Positions 40,418-50,675 are shown, counted from the first letter of the stretch. The stretch: DNA of 64,000 nt from an uncultured Bacteroides sp. (GCA_964486445.1 CAZAME010000002.1:897-64896); one strand, 5' to 3'. Translations and numbers: made by a program. The notes: generated from the letters alone by a model not told the origin.

Positions 40418-41485
40418 TTACCAGAGATTAAAACGATAGCCGATCGTCAGTTCAAGATCAGCGTAATTGTTTATGAGTACCGACTGCCGGTCGTAGGCCA
40501 GCGAAGTCTGCAGGCGACCGATGGCGCCAGCAAACCATTTGCGATTGTTCCATACTGCCGACAGTTGAGCGTGATTAGTAAATCCCACACTCCACTTGTT
40601 GTGCACCGTCGTGCGTATCAGTGATTTGGAGACCCCTATGGTGGGCGACTCGCTCACTCCAAGCATCCAATTGCGACTCACCACGAAGTTGTAGGCATAT
40701 CCGGCCTTCAGACCAATATTCTTGGTGTTGACTTTGTATACGTGCCCCTCCCATTCGTGCGGAAATTTATCGGTTATCCACTCAGGTAGATAGCTGAAGT
40801 CGAAGTTGTAGTTTTGGTTCCAGTACTCGAGTCCGAGAAAAAACGACCCCGCACTGCGCACCTGCTTGCGCCCGAAAGAGTAGGCCGCCGCATAGCTGTA
40901 TCGTTTGTGGTTGAAAAAATAAAACAGATTAGCCATAAGCGTGCGCGCCTCCACGCCCTTAAACTTGATGTCCTCAAACATCTTATGGTCGTTCTGCGTA
41001 ATATTGGTGATCGTCGTCGTCGAGTTGTTGTCGAGGTAGCTCAGACTCGCCGCAAAAAGACTGCAGTTAAATTGCAGGTCAAATCGCTTGCGCACATTCG
41101 TGGCGCCCATGAAATACTTCGATATATTCACGTCATAACCCATCGATACCGCCATATACGACAGATACACACCCAGCGAAGTGCTCGGCGTCGACACCAG
41201 ATCCATCGTCATGTCGTTGTCAAGGCGGAAAGAATAAGATTGCAACCAGTTGTCCGACTTCGCGCGCACATTCATGCGGTAGCCCGTAGGCTTCACGTAT
41301 GCCGTGTCATAACCGTTGAAAAACGTGTCACCCCAGCGGTAAGTATTGATGCAGAACCGCGCGAACTTTCCCCACGAAGCAATAGAGTCAAGGTCAAAAG
41401 AAATCGCCCTTGCAGGCGTAGCGCTTGCAGCGGCCACAAGACACAACGTGAAAATAAGTCGGCGAAGCAGCATATTTTTTAGCAT
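40418..41485 (-). CDS. Outer-membrane beta-barrel protein (DUF4421-like)
   Basis: Signal peptide, YDTAYV, FNHKRYSY.AA, Q.RSAGS and a C-terminal IGYRF barrel signature. Confidence 0.75.
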   Translation of the reverse strand: MLKNMLLRRLIFTLCLVAAASATPARAISFDLDSIASWGKFARFCINTYRWGDTFFNGYDTAYVKPTGYRMNVRAKSDNWLQSYSFRLDNDMTMDLVSTPSTSLGVYLSYMAVSMGYDVNISKYFMGATNVRKRFDLQFNCSLFAASLSYLDNNSTTTITNITQNDHKMFEDIKFKGVEARTLMANLFYFFNHKRYSYAAAYSFGRKQVRSAGSFFLGLEYWNQNYNFDFSYLPEWITDKFPHEWEGHVYKVNTKNIGLKAGYAYNFVVSRNWMLGVSESPTIGVSKSLIRTTVHNKWSVGFTNHAQLSAVWNNRKWFAGAIGRLQTSLAYDRQSVLINNYADLELTIGYRFNLW

Positions 41486-41842
41486 CAGACGATTTCAGGG
41501 TGGATAAACAATTACAACAGCCCGTTGAGCATTATCTCATGCAAAGTTACGCCACATTTACCACCCCACAAAGCAAAACGAAGAAAAATATTTCATTAAA
41601 CCACTTGCTAAAATGCTAAAATGAAGGTAAAATGAGATCAGATAGCATTTGGTAAATGATGGGAGCCTTTTATATAGAATAGCGATTGATTAAGTGTTTT
41701 CATATATTGAATACCGGATTTATATTTAAAGCTGGCGACGTACTATTGAGGATTATATAAGATGACACGATGATACAAGGCAACTTATTCGATCAAAAGC
41801 TGTGATATTTTAGCCCCTGTCCTTGTTGTACTATCATATTTT

Positions 41843-43231
41843 TTACTTCTGCAGGCGGAAGTTGATTGGCAATGTGTACCACACGTTAACTACGTTACCG
41901 TTTTGAGTCCCGGGAATAAATCTAGGTAGCTTTTCTACGATACGGATAGCTTCTTTATCAAGGGCCGGATGCTTACCTTTGAGTACAGTCACTTGATCAA
42001 CTTCACCGCTCTTTGTTACAACGAAGCGCACAGTCACCGTGCCTGAAACGCCTTCTTCTGCTGCCTGTGAGGGATAAATGAAATTATCGCTGAGGAATTT
42101 GTAGAGAGCGGCATCACCTCCGGGGAAAATAGGCATTCGTTCAACATCGTAAAAAATGGGTTCCTTTTCACTAACTATAGTTTGTGGCTCATTACGTCGT
42201 TGTGCTTGTGCTAACTGCTGACTCGATGTTGGTTGCTGAGTTTCAGTATGTATTGACGCTTTTTTAGGTGTATCAGATACGGCGCGAACTCTATTAACGC
42301 TTGTCTTGAGGTTCTCAAGAATACATCCCGAAAACATATTAATATACCATGCGTTATAGATACCATACTCAGTTTGAGTCCAATAATTCCACTTAGGATT
42401 CTCATCACCATTAAAAGCCTTTATTAAGTAATTTATCGCAACATAATTATCCGACATAACCTGCGCCTGCTTTTTTGTAGGAAGGCGGTTCCTGTATAAG
42501 TTCATTGCTTCATCCCACGTAAGTTCATTTTTACCACTATCAAACAAATCAAGAATAAAGTTCTCACCATTACCTATAACTACTATACCCTTTTTCTCAA
42601 ATTGTATTCTCTCAATATCAGATAGGTTTCTCCAAGCGTTTTCCGAAAAATAGAAATATGCACCCTCGCACTCGCAAGCTAAATGGAGATTTTTGGGCGT
42701 TGTAAAATTAGCATATAACTCCCGCATACCCTGAGGCTTAACTGGTTGCTGTTGGGCTGTAGCCTCCACAAGCTGTCCGGAATCTCCCATGATGACATTG
42801 GGGTCAGCTCCGGGCATTTCTATAGTAAGCAGATATGTACTGCCCGACTTAAGCGAGCCTATCGCCGGATATTTTGAGAAATCGAGAGTTAACGTTAGAT
42901 ATCCCGGTGTCCATATTTCAAGGTATCGGGCTTCTGGTTCTTTACCTGTCATATATACCCAGTAGCGCCCCATCTTGTATTCAGGCGCAGGTTCAACAAT
43001 ATTCCCGTCAAATTCGGCTTTAGGCGATGCTATCTCGACCTTAATGAGCGCACACAAATCTCCGTTGAGATCGCGACGCGGTTTGACTTGTGCACTTAAG
43101 TCGCTTTTGTCCTGAACAAAACGTTTAACTTGTAGTGCCTGCGCATAACATTCATGGAAGCCAAAAAATAAAAAGACTACACTACTAATAGTAGTCAGAA
43201 TAAAAGATTTATATCTCCGATTTAATCTCAT
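41843..43231 (-). CDS. Secreted protein: N-terminal beta domain + DUF1566/CLec-like domain + TonB C-terminal domain
   Basis: CALIKV..F.GNIV N-domain, then LTWDEA..RLPT..YWTQTE...AW.I....G......K.....VRAV, then TonB_C (MPIFPGG, YPSQA..G.SG.V.VRFVV, LDKEAIRIV, PINF). Confidence 0.78.
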   Translation of the reverse strand: MRLNRRYKSFILTTISSVVFLFFGFHECYAQALQVKRFVQDKSDLSAQVKPRRDLNGDLCALIKVEIASPKAEFDGNIVEPAPEYKMGRYWVYMTGKEPEARYLEIWTPGYLTLTLDFSKYPAIGSLKSGSTYLLTIEMPGADPNVIMGDSGQLVEATAQQQPVKPQGMRELYANFTTPKNLHLACECEGAYFYFSENAWRNLSDIERIQFEKKGIVVIGNGENFILDLFDSGKNELTWDEAMNLYRNRLPTKKQAQVMSDNYVAINYLIKAFNGDENPKWNYWTQTEYGIYNAWYINMFSGCILENLKTSVNRVRAVSDTPKKASIHTETQQPTSSQQLAQAQRRNEPQTIVSEKEPIFYDVERMPIFPGGDAALYKFLSDNFIYPSQAAEEGVSGTVTVRFVVTKSGEVDQVTVLKGKHPALDKEAIRIVEKLPRFIPGTQNGNVVNVWYTLPINFRLQK

Positions 43232-43236
43232 AGACA

Positions 43237-44118
43237 CTATTGTTCCGGTAACTGATGGACTGTTCTTACTTTGCTTGTAACTTTATTTATTACATTACTT
43301 ATCAATCCCAAACTATATAGATTGCTAGCCCAATAAGGCAATGATTTATCCTCGGTTCTTTTCCAATACTCGTATGGAAGTTTTTCTCCGCCAAAGAAGA
43401 TTAACGCATTATTTAATGCTTTATAGCAGTCCATCATGACAACGGCCTGTGCTTCAGTGGGAAGACTGGCTCCAAACTGTGTCACAGCTTCCTCAACTGT
43501 GTAACTTTTATCTTCTATATTATTAAGATCAACAATGAATCGTTCACCATTACCGATGACTACAACACCGATCTTGTCAAATCGTGACTGTTCTGCTGAC
43601 ATCATCGCAGACCATTCTTTCTCAGAAAAATAATACCACTTGTCTTTATACACACACGCGAGATCAAGATGCTCAGGATATGAAGCATCTGAATTATCAC
43701 AGCCAGGATTCGGATGCGAATCGTCAGGAATATTTATAATTAGTAAATAAATCTGCCCCGGTTGTAATTGATCTATACCCTGTATTTGTGAAAAGTCAAC
43801 ACAAATAGGCATATAACCAGGTGCAAAAACTTTAAGGTATTGGGTTCTACTATCATCACATGACATATACACATGATACTCATTATCTTGATGTGCTGAA
43901 ACCGAGCCAACAATATTCCCAAAAAATTCGGCCTGTGGCGATGCAAGTTTTACTATAATGAGTGCACATGAGTCTCCAAACTCAAAATGTTTCACTCCAC
44001 ATTCAGTTGTGGCAGAATTCACAGGAGTAAAACTTTCGACTTGCATGGTTTGAGCTTGGCTCACCTTGACTCCAGCCAAAATAGAAGCGAATAAAAAGAT
44101 TAATCTAAGTATATGCAT
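43237..44118 (-). CDS. Secreted paralog of the adjacent gene, lacking TonB_C
   Basis: Signal peptide and shared motifs GDSCALIIVKLASPQAEFFGNIV, GVVVIGNGERFIVDL, LPTEAQA and VRTV. Confidence 0.78.
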   Translation of the reverse strand: MHILRLIFLFASILAGVKVSQAQTMQVESFTPVNSATTECGVKHFEFGDSCALIIVKLASPQAEFFGNIVGSVSAHQDNEYHVYMSCDDSRTQYLKVFAPGYMPICVDFSQIQGIDQLQPGQIYLLIINIPDDSHPNPGCDNSDASYPEHLDLACVYKDKWYYFSEKEWSAMMSAEQSRFDKIGVVVIGNGERFIVDLNNIEDKSYTVEEAVTQFGASLPTEAQAVVMMDCYKALNNALIFFGGEKLPYEYWKRTEDKSLPYWASNLYSLGLISNVINKVTSKVRTVHQLPEQ

Positions 44119-44510
44119 ACGTTTACATTCTCAAATGTATATTGTCATTATCTGCAAAGATAAGGATATTTTCTTAAATTAGTATCTTAGATTTCCCCTA
44201 AGTTGGATTTTTGATAATTTAATCAGAGATATATAGATATAATTCTATCTCAAGTACTCATAATTAGTGTATTAAAACAAAGGATTAATATTTTTTTTGT
44301 GTTCTAAGGTAAAGAAGATGATCGTCTTTTTGTATATAAAGCTCTGACAAATATTTTTTGACTTACAAAAGTATAAAAAACTCAGATAATACTCGTGAGA
44401 ATGACTATAGCAGATGGGTGGACTCCATATTTTCTATAATTTCTTGTAGGATAGCAAAAGATATAAAGATGTTTTGTATCTTTGCGACAATTATAACCTA
44501 ATACTTTATA

Positions 44511-45482
44511 ATGATGAAAATACATGTATATGCTGTATTGCTAATTACTACCTTTCTGATATCATGCGGCAGTCCTGAGTCTGATGGAAAGAAAGCTGCA
44601 CAGGCTTTCTATGAATGTTCCGAAACTTTTAATAAAGATCTTGACAGAGAGATTCGTGAATACCTTGCAAACTTTAGCGATTACAATTTTACAACCCGAG
44701 TAGAGGCCAGGGCGAAAGTAGATGAAATTCTCGACAAAGTATCCAAAGAGTATGAAAAGAACCAGCGTGATGCAACTCAATTATATCATAAGCTGAAAAA
44801 TAAATATCTGTCTAATTACAAAGATGCAGCAGAGTTTGATTATGCATATCGCGCACAGCGGGAGATGTATGAAGGTGAGGAGCTACATGGTATACCCTTG
44901 ACGCTTGAAGTCGATGAAATGATTCGGACAATAATTCCGCCAAAGCCTGGTCTTGAAACTATTAAACTTGATTTGGTTGGCCGCTCATGGCAGGACAAAC
45001 CCGAGGGTTATTTTGGACAAGAGAAAAATACCATTAAGCAAGGCTCAGTAAAAAATGTGGAGATCTTATCTCAAACAGAGAGCAAAGATGTCTATAATTT
45101 ACATGCTATTATAAGTATACAAGATAGATTAGGATCTGCCACTTATTTATTGGATGCTGATATTAGATATCTACTAGGCGATGCTGATGAATGGAAGATA
45201 GATCAATTAGGAATAAATTCAGTAGATGTCGAAAGAACTGGACTCTTTAATAAATATATTACAGCGAGACTTACACAACCATGGGTAGATAACCAATTAG
45301 ATCTAACAAATAATTCTGATGCAACATTAATCGTAGGTGGTCTGTTTTTAGCAGATTATCCTGATGGTTGGCATAAATTCTGCGTTGATATTGAACCTAA
45401 TAGTACAGAAAGGGTAGGAGGAATGTGGTCTGGAATAGGAAATATAACTCAATATGAAATCGATTTTGTAGAGCGCAAATAG
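44511..45482 (+). CDS. Hypothetical lipoprotein
   Basis: Lipobox LISC and promoter TATCTTTGC at 44477-44485. Confidence 0.78.
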   Translation: MMKIHVYAVLLITTFLISCGSPESDGKKAAQAFYECSETFNKDLDREIREYLANFSDYNFTTRVEARAKVDEILDKVSKEYEKNQRDATQLYHKLKNKYLSNYKDAAEFDYAYRAQREMYEGEELHGIPLTLEVDEMIRTIIPPKPGLETIKLDLVGRSWQDKPEGYFGQEKNTIKQGSVKNVEILSQTESKDVYNLHAIISIQDRLGSATYLLDADIRYLLGDADEWKIDQLGINSVDVERTGLFNKYITARLTQPWVDNQLDLTNNSDATLIVGGLFLADYPDGWHKFCVDIEPNSTERVGGMWSGIGNITQYEIDFVERK

Positions 45483-45632
45483 ACTTAATTGATATATCAA
45501 CCTAAAACTGCCTTTAGCTAATAGCTTCTCAAGGGAGTAGTGCACTATCAAGTAGATTATTACCCCGGGCCCACGCATCAAAAATTTGTATTAGGAAGCA
45601 TCCTCCTTAGATAGTCGTTTGAGAGGCTTGCC

Positions 45633-46139
45633 TTGAGACGTCTTTTCTTCAAGCTGCTTTTGTCGATATGTTCTTTTGATAACTTGCGTTGGGAATCTTT
45701 GTCGTACTTTGAAGCATTCGATTATAATATGCCATCACTAATCACGGCCGGTTTGATTTATGCATTGGTGTTGCTACCCTTTGTTGTTTATGAGCTTTAT
45801 CGGAAACCTAAGCATCTTCGCTTCTCAGAAATTTTTCGCGACAGGATTAAACTTAATGGGTCGATAGTTTTATTGATTTTATCGACGTTGCCAATTTTGG
45901 CTTGGCCTGTATCCGATGTGATGAGCCGTATTGTTTGGAATGTGGTTATCTGTCATGGTGTGGGCTTGCTGTTCTACACTTGGTTGGTGATGTATCCTTT
46001 ATTTTTTATTTTAGGTTTTGTTGGATATTGGATTATATATAAAAATACTCGCAGCTATCAGCGGGCGTTGATTGCTTTGCTCATACAATGGCTGGTGATT
46101 GTCGTGTGGTTTTTAGTAGCATTTATCGTCGGTGTGTAG
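45633..46139 (+). CDS. Hypothetical membrane protein (start uncertain)
   Basis: About four hydrophobic segments. The track start is TTG; an alternative ATG gives MPSLITAG. Confidence 0.55.
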   Translation: MRRLFFKLLLSICSFDNLRWESLSYFEAFDYNMPSLITAGLIYALVLLPFVVYELYRKPKHLRFSEIFRDRIKLNGSIVLLILSTLPILAWPVSDVMSRIVWNVVICHGVGLLFYTWLVMYPLFFILGFVGYWIIYKNTRSYQRALIALLIQWLVIVVWFLVAFIVGV

Positions 46140-46327
46140 GTTGATGTCGCCAGTTGCAATTTACGATAAGTATTGACGGATAAGTTCGGTTATGTGCTAA
46201 AGTGGTGTACTGTATTTATTTACCTGCCCGCTTAACATATTTTGGGGCTGTGGGGTGCACAATCTGTGCTGCGAGGTGTTAACTTTGTAGCGTATTTAAC
46301 TATTTGCAAACTGCCACACAATAATAT

Positions 46328-48139
46328 ATGAGCAATATCCTGACATCGCTTGTGTCCTCGTCAACAGCACGTTTCGGCGCCGACCGCATAGCATTCTCGT
46401 TTATCAAGGATGCCGATGCCGAGATTGTGCCTTATACATGGGCCGACGTTGCTGCTGTTTCGCAGCGCGTGGCCGGCGCACTGATCGACGCCGGCGTGCG
46501 ACCGGGCGATTCTGTGGCGGTGTTTGCTCCCAATATGGCTGAGGTGGTTCTCACCGATCTTGCAGCCTACGCCGTGCGCGCCGTGCCGGTGTCGATATAT
46601 TCCACATCAAGCCCTTCGCAGGTTGCATATATCCTCAACGATTGCAAGGCTGCGGTGGTGTTCGTCGGTTCGCAGAAGCAATATGATGTTGTGCGCGAGG
46701 TCGTTGCCGATTGTCCGTGCCTCAAGAAGATCGTCACTATGGATCCATCGGTTGAGCATGACCCTCATGACGCACTTGTGTGTCGTTTCTCCGGAATTGC
46801 CACGGGGCCTGCTCCCTCGGCCGATGTGCTCACTGATATAGAAATCCGCACTTCGCAGGCAACCCCCGACGATGTCGCTACGTTGCTATATACTTCAGGC
46901 ACCACAGGCGAGCCCAAAGGCACCATTCTGCCCCACAGCTGCTTTAATGCACAGCTCGAGGCTCATCTTAGGCGCCTTGTCTCGCTCTCCCAGGCCGACA
47001 CATCGCTGTGTTTCCTTCCCTTGAGCCATATATTTGAGAAAGCATGGTGCTATTTTTGCCTGATGAAAGGCATGCATGTCACCATCAACTATGACCCTCG
47101 GCAGATAGCCCGTGTGCTTCGTCGGGTGCGCCCCACGTGCATGTGTTCCGTGCCCCGCTTCTGGGAGAAAGCATACGTGGCAGTGCATGAGCGCCTCGAC
47201 TCGGCCTCGGCGTTGAAACGCAGGCTGCTGTCGGCGGCTATACAGGTGGGCATGCGTCGAAACATCGACCATGTGCGCTGTGGCCTGAAGGTGCCGCGCT
47301 TGCTTGCCGCCCGTTATGCCTTCTATGATCGAGTGGTGCTCGCACCTTTGCGCAAAGCCATTGGTGTTGACAGGGCTAATATACTGCCGGTTGCTGGCGC
47401 TCCCCTGAGTGACGAGATTGTCGAATTTTTCCGTGCTGCCGGTGTGCCGCTCGTCATCGGGTACGGCCTGTCGGAAACCACTGCCACGGTATCGTGCTAT
47501 CCTTATGTCGATTATAAGATAGGCACCGTCGGCACCCCGGTCGATTGCGTCGAGGTCAAGACCGGCGAAAACTCCGAGATTTTTGTCAAAGGCCCCACAG
47601 TTATGCGCGGTTATTTCAACAAGCCTGAGGCAACCGCCGAAGCTTTCACTGCCGACGGATGGTTTCGCACCGGCGATGCAGGCACAATCGCCCCCGACGG
47701 CACAATCACTCTCACCGAGCGCATCAAAGACCTTTTCAAAACATCAAATGGCAAATACATTGCTCCACAGGCGCTTGAGAGTCGCCTCGCTGCCGACCCC
47801 TTTATCGAGCAGGTAGCGGTCATCGGCGACAACCGCAAGTATGTCACGGCGATTGTCGTGCCAGCCTTTGCAGCCCTCAAGAAATATGCCCGTAAGCATC
47901 GCATTGCATACACCAACCTCGATGAACTCATAAATAAATCTGAAATCAAGCAGATGTTGCGCCGACGTATTGAGAAATTACAGGCCGGCATGGCATCCTT
48001 CGAGCAGATAAAGAAGTTTGATCTGCTCCCCGCAGAGTTCACTATAGAGTCGGGCGAACTCACCAACACACTCAAACTATGCCGCCCGGTTATTGCCCGG
48101 CACTATGCCGATCGCATCGATGCCATGTATCAGAGCTGA
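46328..48139 (+). CDS. Long-chain fatty-acid-CoA ligase
   Basis: YTSGTTGEPKG, GYGLSET, GWFRTGD and GKYIAP AMP-binding motifs. Confidence 0.93.
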   Translation: MSNILTSLVSSSTARFGADRIAFSFIKDADAEIVPYTWADVAAVSQRVAGALIDAGVRPGDSVAVFAPNMAEVVLTDLAAYAVRAVPVSIYSTSSPSQVAYILNDCKAAVVFVGSQKQYDVVREVVADCPCLKKIVTMDPSVEHDPHDALVCRFSGIATGPAPSADVLTDIEIRTSQATPDDVATLLYTSGTTGEPKGTILPHSCFNAQLEAHLRRLVSLSQADTSLCFLPLSHIFEKAWCYFCLMKGMHVTINYDPRQIARVLRRVRPTCMCSVPRFWEKAYVAVHERLDSASALKRRLLSAAIQVGMRRNIDHVRCGLKVPRLLAARYAFYDRVVLAPLRKAIGVDRANILPVAGAPLSDEIVEFFRAAGVPLVIGYGLSETTATVSCYPYVDYKIGTVGTPVDCVEVKTGENSEIFVKGPTVMRGYFNKPEATAEAFTADGWFRTGDAGTIAPDGTITLTERIKDLFKTSNGKYIAPQALESRLAADPFIEQVAVIGDNRKYVTAIVVPAFAALKKYARKHRIAYTNLDELINKSEIKQMLRRRIEKLQAGMASFEQIKKFDLLPAEFTIESGELTNTLKLCRPVIARHYADRIDAMYQS

Positions 48140-48276
48140 ATTCTCATTATTTCCGGTAATGTTATGAAGATTCAGTCAGGAAAAGTGTAGGCGCTACCAC
48201 ATCGGGTCGTCACGCTCTCTTTTCTAGTTTTACGTTGTTTAATATTAAAGTGCCAAGTTTTGGCATACATGATGAC

Positions 48277-48285
48277 TAATTTTGC
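48277..48285 (+). promoter_or_regulatory. -7 promoter box upstream of a small ORF
   Basis: TAATTTTGC, separate from the tRNA promoter further downstream. Confidence 0.55.
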
Positions 48286-48334
48286 ACCCGAAAGCAATAG
48301 TGTTTTCCATCAAAACTTTAAAATCTGTAGTCAC

Positions 48335-48412
48335 ATGTCGTTTCTTATAATACTCTTTCTTTTACTTTGTTGGCTCGTGCAAGCTCTCAAAGAAGGAGGC
48401 AATATTAAGTAG
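48335..48412 (+). CDS. Putative 25-aa single-TM peptide MSFLIILFLLLCWLVQALKEGGNIK
   Basis: ATG 48335 to TAG 48412, below the ORF-track cutoff. It has an upstream promoter and an imperfect hairpin at 48444-48476. Confidence 0.5.
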   Translation: MSFLIILFLLLCWLVQALKEGGNIK

Positions 48413-48497
48413 ATCTCAAAAAAAGTAGGGTTAAGTCTGTCATCACAAAGTCGTGTGTTGTCACTGATTTTTTGTGTCAGATTTTTTGCTGAAATAA

Positions 48498-48529
48498 TTT
48501 GCACTTTAAAATAAATGTTGTACCTTTGC
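48498..48529 (+). promoter_or_regulatory. Promoter of tRNA-His (-33 TTTG / -7 TACCTTTG)
   Basis: tttg at 48498-48501 and tacctttgc at 48521-48529. Confidence 0.75.
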
Positions 48530-48542
48530 ATCACCAAAATAT

Positions 48543-48620
<78 letters not shown>

Positions 48621-48641
48621 TTTCATGAGTATTTAGTTTGG

Positions 48642-48678
48642 AAGCATCAGTCTGTGAAATATCGGACTGATGTTTTTT
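48642..48678 (+). terminator. Terminator after tRNA-His
   Basis: aagcatcagtctg / cggactgatgttt followed by a T run. Confidence 0.8.
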
Positions 48679-48712
48679 AATTTAGTTATTATCAGGGTTT
48701 TATATTTCTGCT

Positions 48713-49507
48713 ATGCCTGCCAGCGACATTATAAATAAAGAAGACCTCCGTGAGTTGCTCGACCGCGAGAGTACACGCATCAACTGCTACGATTTCATTG
48801 CCGATGACCCCGTGCAGTTTCCGCGGTTGTTCACCGACAAGCGCGACATCGAGATTATGTCCCTCCTTGCAGCCACAATAGCCTGGGGCAACCGCAAGAT
48901 GATCTGCCGCAACGCCGGGCGGCTTGTGTCGGTTATGGAGCATTCGCCCTACGCATATATGATGGATAAGGGATATGAAGAGTTGGCACCCGAGGGGAAC
49001 ATCCACCGCACATTCTTCAACCGCAATTTGCAGAACTATCTGCGCGGTCTGCGCCACATCTACACCCGCTATGCTTCGCTCGAAGATTTTGCCGCAGCTG
49101 CAGGGGTAGGGCAGAGCCAGTTGCCTGCCTGGCAGTTCGCGCGCGCAATCAATGCAGCCATCGCCGAAGCAGTCGGCGCACCCGATTGCCGCTGTATGCC
49201 TGCAAACACCGACACATCGGCCCTTAAACGCCTTAACATGGCGCTCCGTTGGCTTGTGCGCGACGACGGGCTGGTTGATCTTGGCGTTTGGAAAGTACTT
49301 AAGCCCTCGCAGCTGTATATCCCCTATGACGTGCATGTGCAGAATACATCGCGCTCTTTGGGGCTTGTCGATCGCAAGGCTGTCGACCGCAAGGCTGTTG
49401 AACAGCTCACTGCAAAGCTCCGCGAGTTTGACCCCGAGGATCCGGTGAAGTATGACTACGCGCTCTTCGGTCTTGGCATTGAGGCTAAAAAAGCCGATAA
49501 GGAGTAA
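48713..49507 (+). CDS. TIGR02757/DUF2400 family (HhH glycosylase-like) protein
   Basis: FIADDPVQFP, AWGNRK, KRLNMALRWLVR, DVHV and DPVKYDYALFG. Confidence 0.88.
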   Translation: MPASDIINKEDLRELLDRESTRINCYDFIADDPVQFPRLFTDKRDIEIMSLLAATIAWGNRKMICRNAGRLVSVMEHSPYAYMMDKGYEELAPEGNIHRTFFNRNLQNYLRGLRHIYTRYASLEDFAAAAGVGQSQLPAWQFARAINAAIAEAVGAPDCRCMPANTDTSALKRLNMALRWLVRDDGLVDLGVWKVLKPSQLYIPYDVHVQNTSRSLGLVDRKAVDRKAVEQLTAKLREFDPEDPVKYDYALFGLGIEAKKADKE

Positions 49508-50675
49508 TTCTTTTCACAGCCTTGCGCATCGAGCGGCCTAATCTGGCCGCACCGGCGGGGAGCCATCGTGCAGTCGCAAATCCGGGCTTCTTATTATCTG
49601 TTTCGGGCAGAGGTGCGTTGCTCATCTCTTGTGCCGGGCGTGGTGCAGCCGCCGACGCTGCAAACAGCCATTTTGCAAGAAATGGCGACGTGCGTATCAG
49701 GCCGCTTATAGCCAGGCATCCGGCCACAATCGCTATGCTCACGGCGCCGATAATCACCACTTCAAGTATATCGTTGTTGCGATGCCAGAAGAGGCTCTTC
49801 ATTGCCGGTATACGTGGCAGCAAAAACCAGTGTATCATGTAGATATCGAGTGTGCGCCGGCCCACGAACTGCATCGTGCGGCTCAGGCGCCCGTCGGCGT
49901 TCCAATAATCGCGATGTTTCCAGAAGAAACTCAGAACAGCCGCCACAAGGCATGCACTTCCTGCCAGCGAAAGCACCGATGCGCTAACAGTGTCGATATG
50001 CAACTGGTCTTTCATTATCAGCAATGTCAGACAAACCGATCCTGTTATGATGGCTGTTGTGATCACGCTGTTGCGACACAGGCGATCAAGAAATTCAGTC
50101 TTGCGCGCGCCGCACACACTGCCTATTGCAAAAAATATGAAAAATTCGCAGCTTTTGCCTGTCGGGAACCATTTGTTTATGTCGTGCATGTCGCAGTGGC
50201 ACAGTGTCATTACCGGCACCACAGCATATAGCAGGAGACCTATAGCTATAAGTATCGCAGACCTGTGTCTCGGGCAGCAGCGCCGGCATAATGCCGACAC
50301 CGTGTAATATAGGCCGAACATGGCAGTCAGCGCAACCGTGAACCAGTAGCCTCCCGGGAAGCTCCATTGCCATGATGTGCAACCAACAAAGATCGAAAAA
50401 AATACTATCGTAGGTATAAGCTCTATGCGCGCCTTTGTGGCGAATCGTTTCAGGGCGAAAGTCCCGGTCCATGCTTCTACGGCTTTCGATGCTACAAAGC
50501 CGCTGATAAAGAAAAACATAGGCATGCGCAAAGCCACAAAGAGCTGCGATATCACCGACGGACTCGAGTAGAGATCAAATGTCGTGCCGCGCACGTGGTG
50601 AAATACCACGAGCGTCATCGTCAGGCCACGGATGACATCAAGGGTTTTTATGCGTCGTGAGTCGAGAGTTTTCAT
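49485..50675 (-). CDS. Acyltransferase family 3 membrane protein
   Basis: LDVIRG...LVVFHH, RMPMFFFISG, YWF and GRRTLDIYMIH. Confidence 0.88.
   Translation of the reverse strand: MKTLDSRRIKTLDVIRGLTMTLVVFHHVRGTTFDLYSSPSVISQLFVALRMPMFFFISGFVASKAVEAWTGTFALKRFATKARIELIPTIVFFSIFVGCTSWQWSFPGGYWFTVALTAMFGLYYTVSALCRRCCPRHRSAILIAIGLLLYAVVPVMTLCHCDMHDINKWFPTGKSCEFFIFFAIGSVCGARKTEFLDRLCRNSVITTAIITGSVCLTLLIMKDQLHIDTVSASVLSLAGSACLVAAVLSFFWKHRDYWNADGRLSRTMQFVGRRTLDIYMIHWFLLPRIPAMKSLFWHRNNDILEVVIIGAVSIAIVAGCLAISGLIRTSPFLAKWLFAASAAAPRPAQEMSNAPLPETDNKKPGFATARWLPAGAARLGRSMRKAVKRITPYRLF

Larger units (their letters stand above)
41570..46140. other. AT-rich accessory island (four genes), boundaries approximate
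   Basis: Visible shift to AT-rich sequence and A/T-ending codons relative to the flanking genes. No integrase seen. Confidence 0.6.

Noticed and set aside
41843-44118. A complete diversity-generating retroelement
   Set aside because: There is no reverse transcriptase and no near-identical template repeat in the window. The two paralogs are too diverged to be a TR/VR pair.
41731-46153. ctggcgac / gtcgccag inverted pair near the island ends
   Set aside because: The match is only 8 bp, with no target duplication or transposase.
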